Of a stretch of 64,000 bases of DNA, positions 62,732 through 64,000 are shown in pieces. Where the stretch lies: assembly GCF_001194135.2 (NCBI RefSeq), contig NC_068997.1, forward strand, positions 7,742,496 through 7,806,495, read 5' to 3'. This DNA comes from Octopus bimaculoides. Taxonomy: Eukaryota. Position numbers and translations under genes: made by a program. How positions within the stretch are numbered: position 1 is the first letter of the stretch; each line of letters opens with the position of its first letter. The notes under the pieces are model-generated. The model saw only the letters and a list, made by a program, of their open reading frames with translations. It was not told where the DNA came from and did no database searches.

Positions 62732-63240
62732 CACATACCTAAATTTACATCGTACAAATGCAGAGAGGCACAGGCAAAACTACTTTTCTATATAAATCCA
62801 CACACACACACACACATAACTGCAGGCATTACCCAATTGCTCACGGCGACGACGGCTACGATGATAGGCAGAAAGACAAAACCTCGCTATCTAACCTGAC
62901 CTTATTTCCAGTTACTTTTACCACCACCACCACCACCGACAACACATCTGCTAATACCACCACCACCACCACCATTACCATCATCATCACTAACATCACC
63001 AAAGCAGCAGGGCAGAAGAAATGAGGTTAAAATGCCATTCTATCACGCAACACATACACACACATGTATAATAAAAATATTTCAATGACTTCACCACAGA
63101 TTAGCTTCATAGTAAGATATTAGACACACACTAACCATATAATTCCACTTGTTCAAACACTACCGCCACCAGCTCTCTAACACAAACCCCTGTCTCACCC
63201 AACCCTTATTCTTACTCCAGCCCCACCATCCTAATCATAG

Positions 63241-63318
<78 letters not shown>

Positions 63319-64000
63319 GCAAACATTCTAACACTTAAAACTATGACTGATATCCTTTTGGGTTCACCGAGTCTACTAAAAAAAAAGCAAAAAAGTCCCT
63401 CTTGTCCGGTTAAGGGCAGTTAACACTTATTTTCCAGACTCCAACATTAAATAAAAACTTATTTTATCTTATGAGGTCTAACTGCATTTAGAGACTTGCT
63501 CTTCGGCAGTACGTGAGTGGTGAGTTTTGGGTTTTCACAAAGAAAGATTAGTTCCATCTAATATGTGAGAGTCACGGTTGAATGTGACGATAAATTGAAG
63601 AACAAGAAACGATCCTAAAGAAAGAATAACTATGAATTGTTAGACCTAAACCATTTAAATAAATTATGGTGTTTAAAATTCCGAACAGTCTGTTGCCCAA
63701 ATTACAAACAAATCTTGGAACCACTGAAAGTCATATTTACCAAAAAAATAACTGAGTTCACAAGAGATCGTCGATAAGATGTTCTTCATTTTCGTAATAT
63801 TGCTTAATGTTCGAATTTATTTAATAACACTATCTTTTTATATGTATTTCTGTTCATAAACATATTTACCATTAGTCCATAGATATTTTATTTTAGATGA
63901 ATAATAACTTTAACTGGTATGATTAGTATTAAGCATTTACGTGTAATTTATTGTACTAACGTGAGTTTTACTAAAAGCACTAATATTTTTATTATTTAAG

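Overview
AT-rich, microsatellite- and SINE-dense animal genomic DNA with about ten N-gaps. The repeat landscape suggests a cephalopod, probably Octopus (inference). The window is almost entirely one minus-strand phospholipase C-gamma gene. I assembled 21 coding exons by hand (53908 down to 4173; 2123 nt, 707 full codons). All have GT-AG boundaries and phase-compatible junctions. They encode the C-terminal part of the PH domain, the EF hands, catalytic X box, N-half of the split PH, nSH2, cSH2 and the activation-tyrosine linker. The N-terminal coding exon was not found, and the SH3/Y-box/C2 exons should lie left of position 1. The introns hold tRNA-derived SINEs, RTE/CR1/R4-like LINE fragments, mariner, hAT-like and piggyBac-like MITEs, two minisatellites and hammerhead-ribozyme-like motifs. 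There is no CRISPR array, rRNA or true tRNA gene, and I found no convincing wholly new system. Best leads: (i) substitutions at PLC-gamma autoinhibition and activation positions (Asp to Cys in YLTG-x-Q; first linker Tyr to His); (ii) a sense-strand minimal hammerhead in the nSH2 intron; (iii) inverted-repeat pairs bracketing specific exons (circRNA or ADAR substrates); (iv) two in-frame microexon candidates; (v) a U12-like weak donor; (vi) a candidate non-coding first exon with a uORF. All comparisons to human PLCG1/2 and to repeat families are from recall and by-eye alignment, not database searches.
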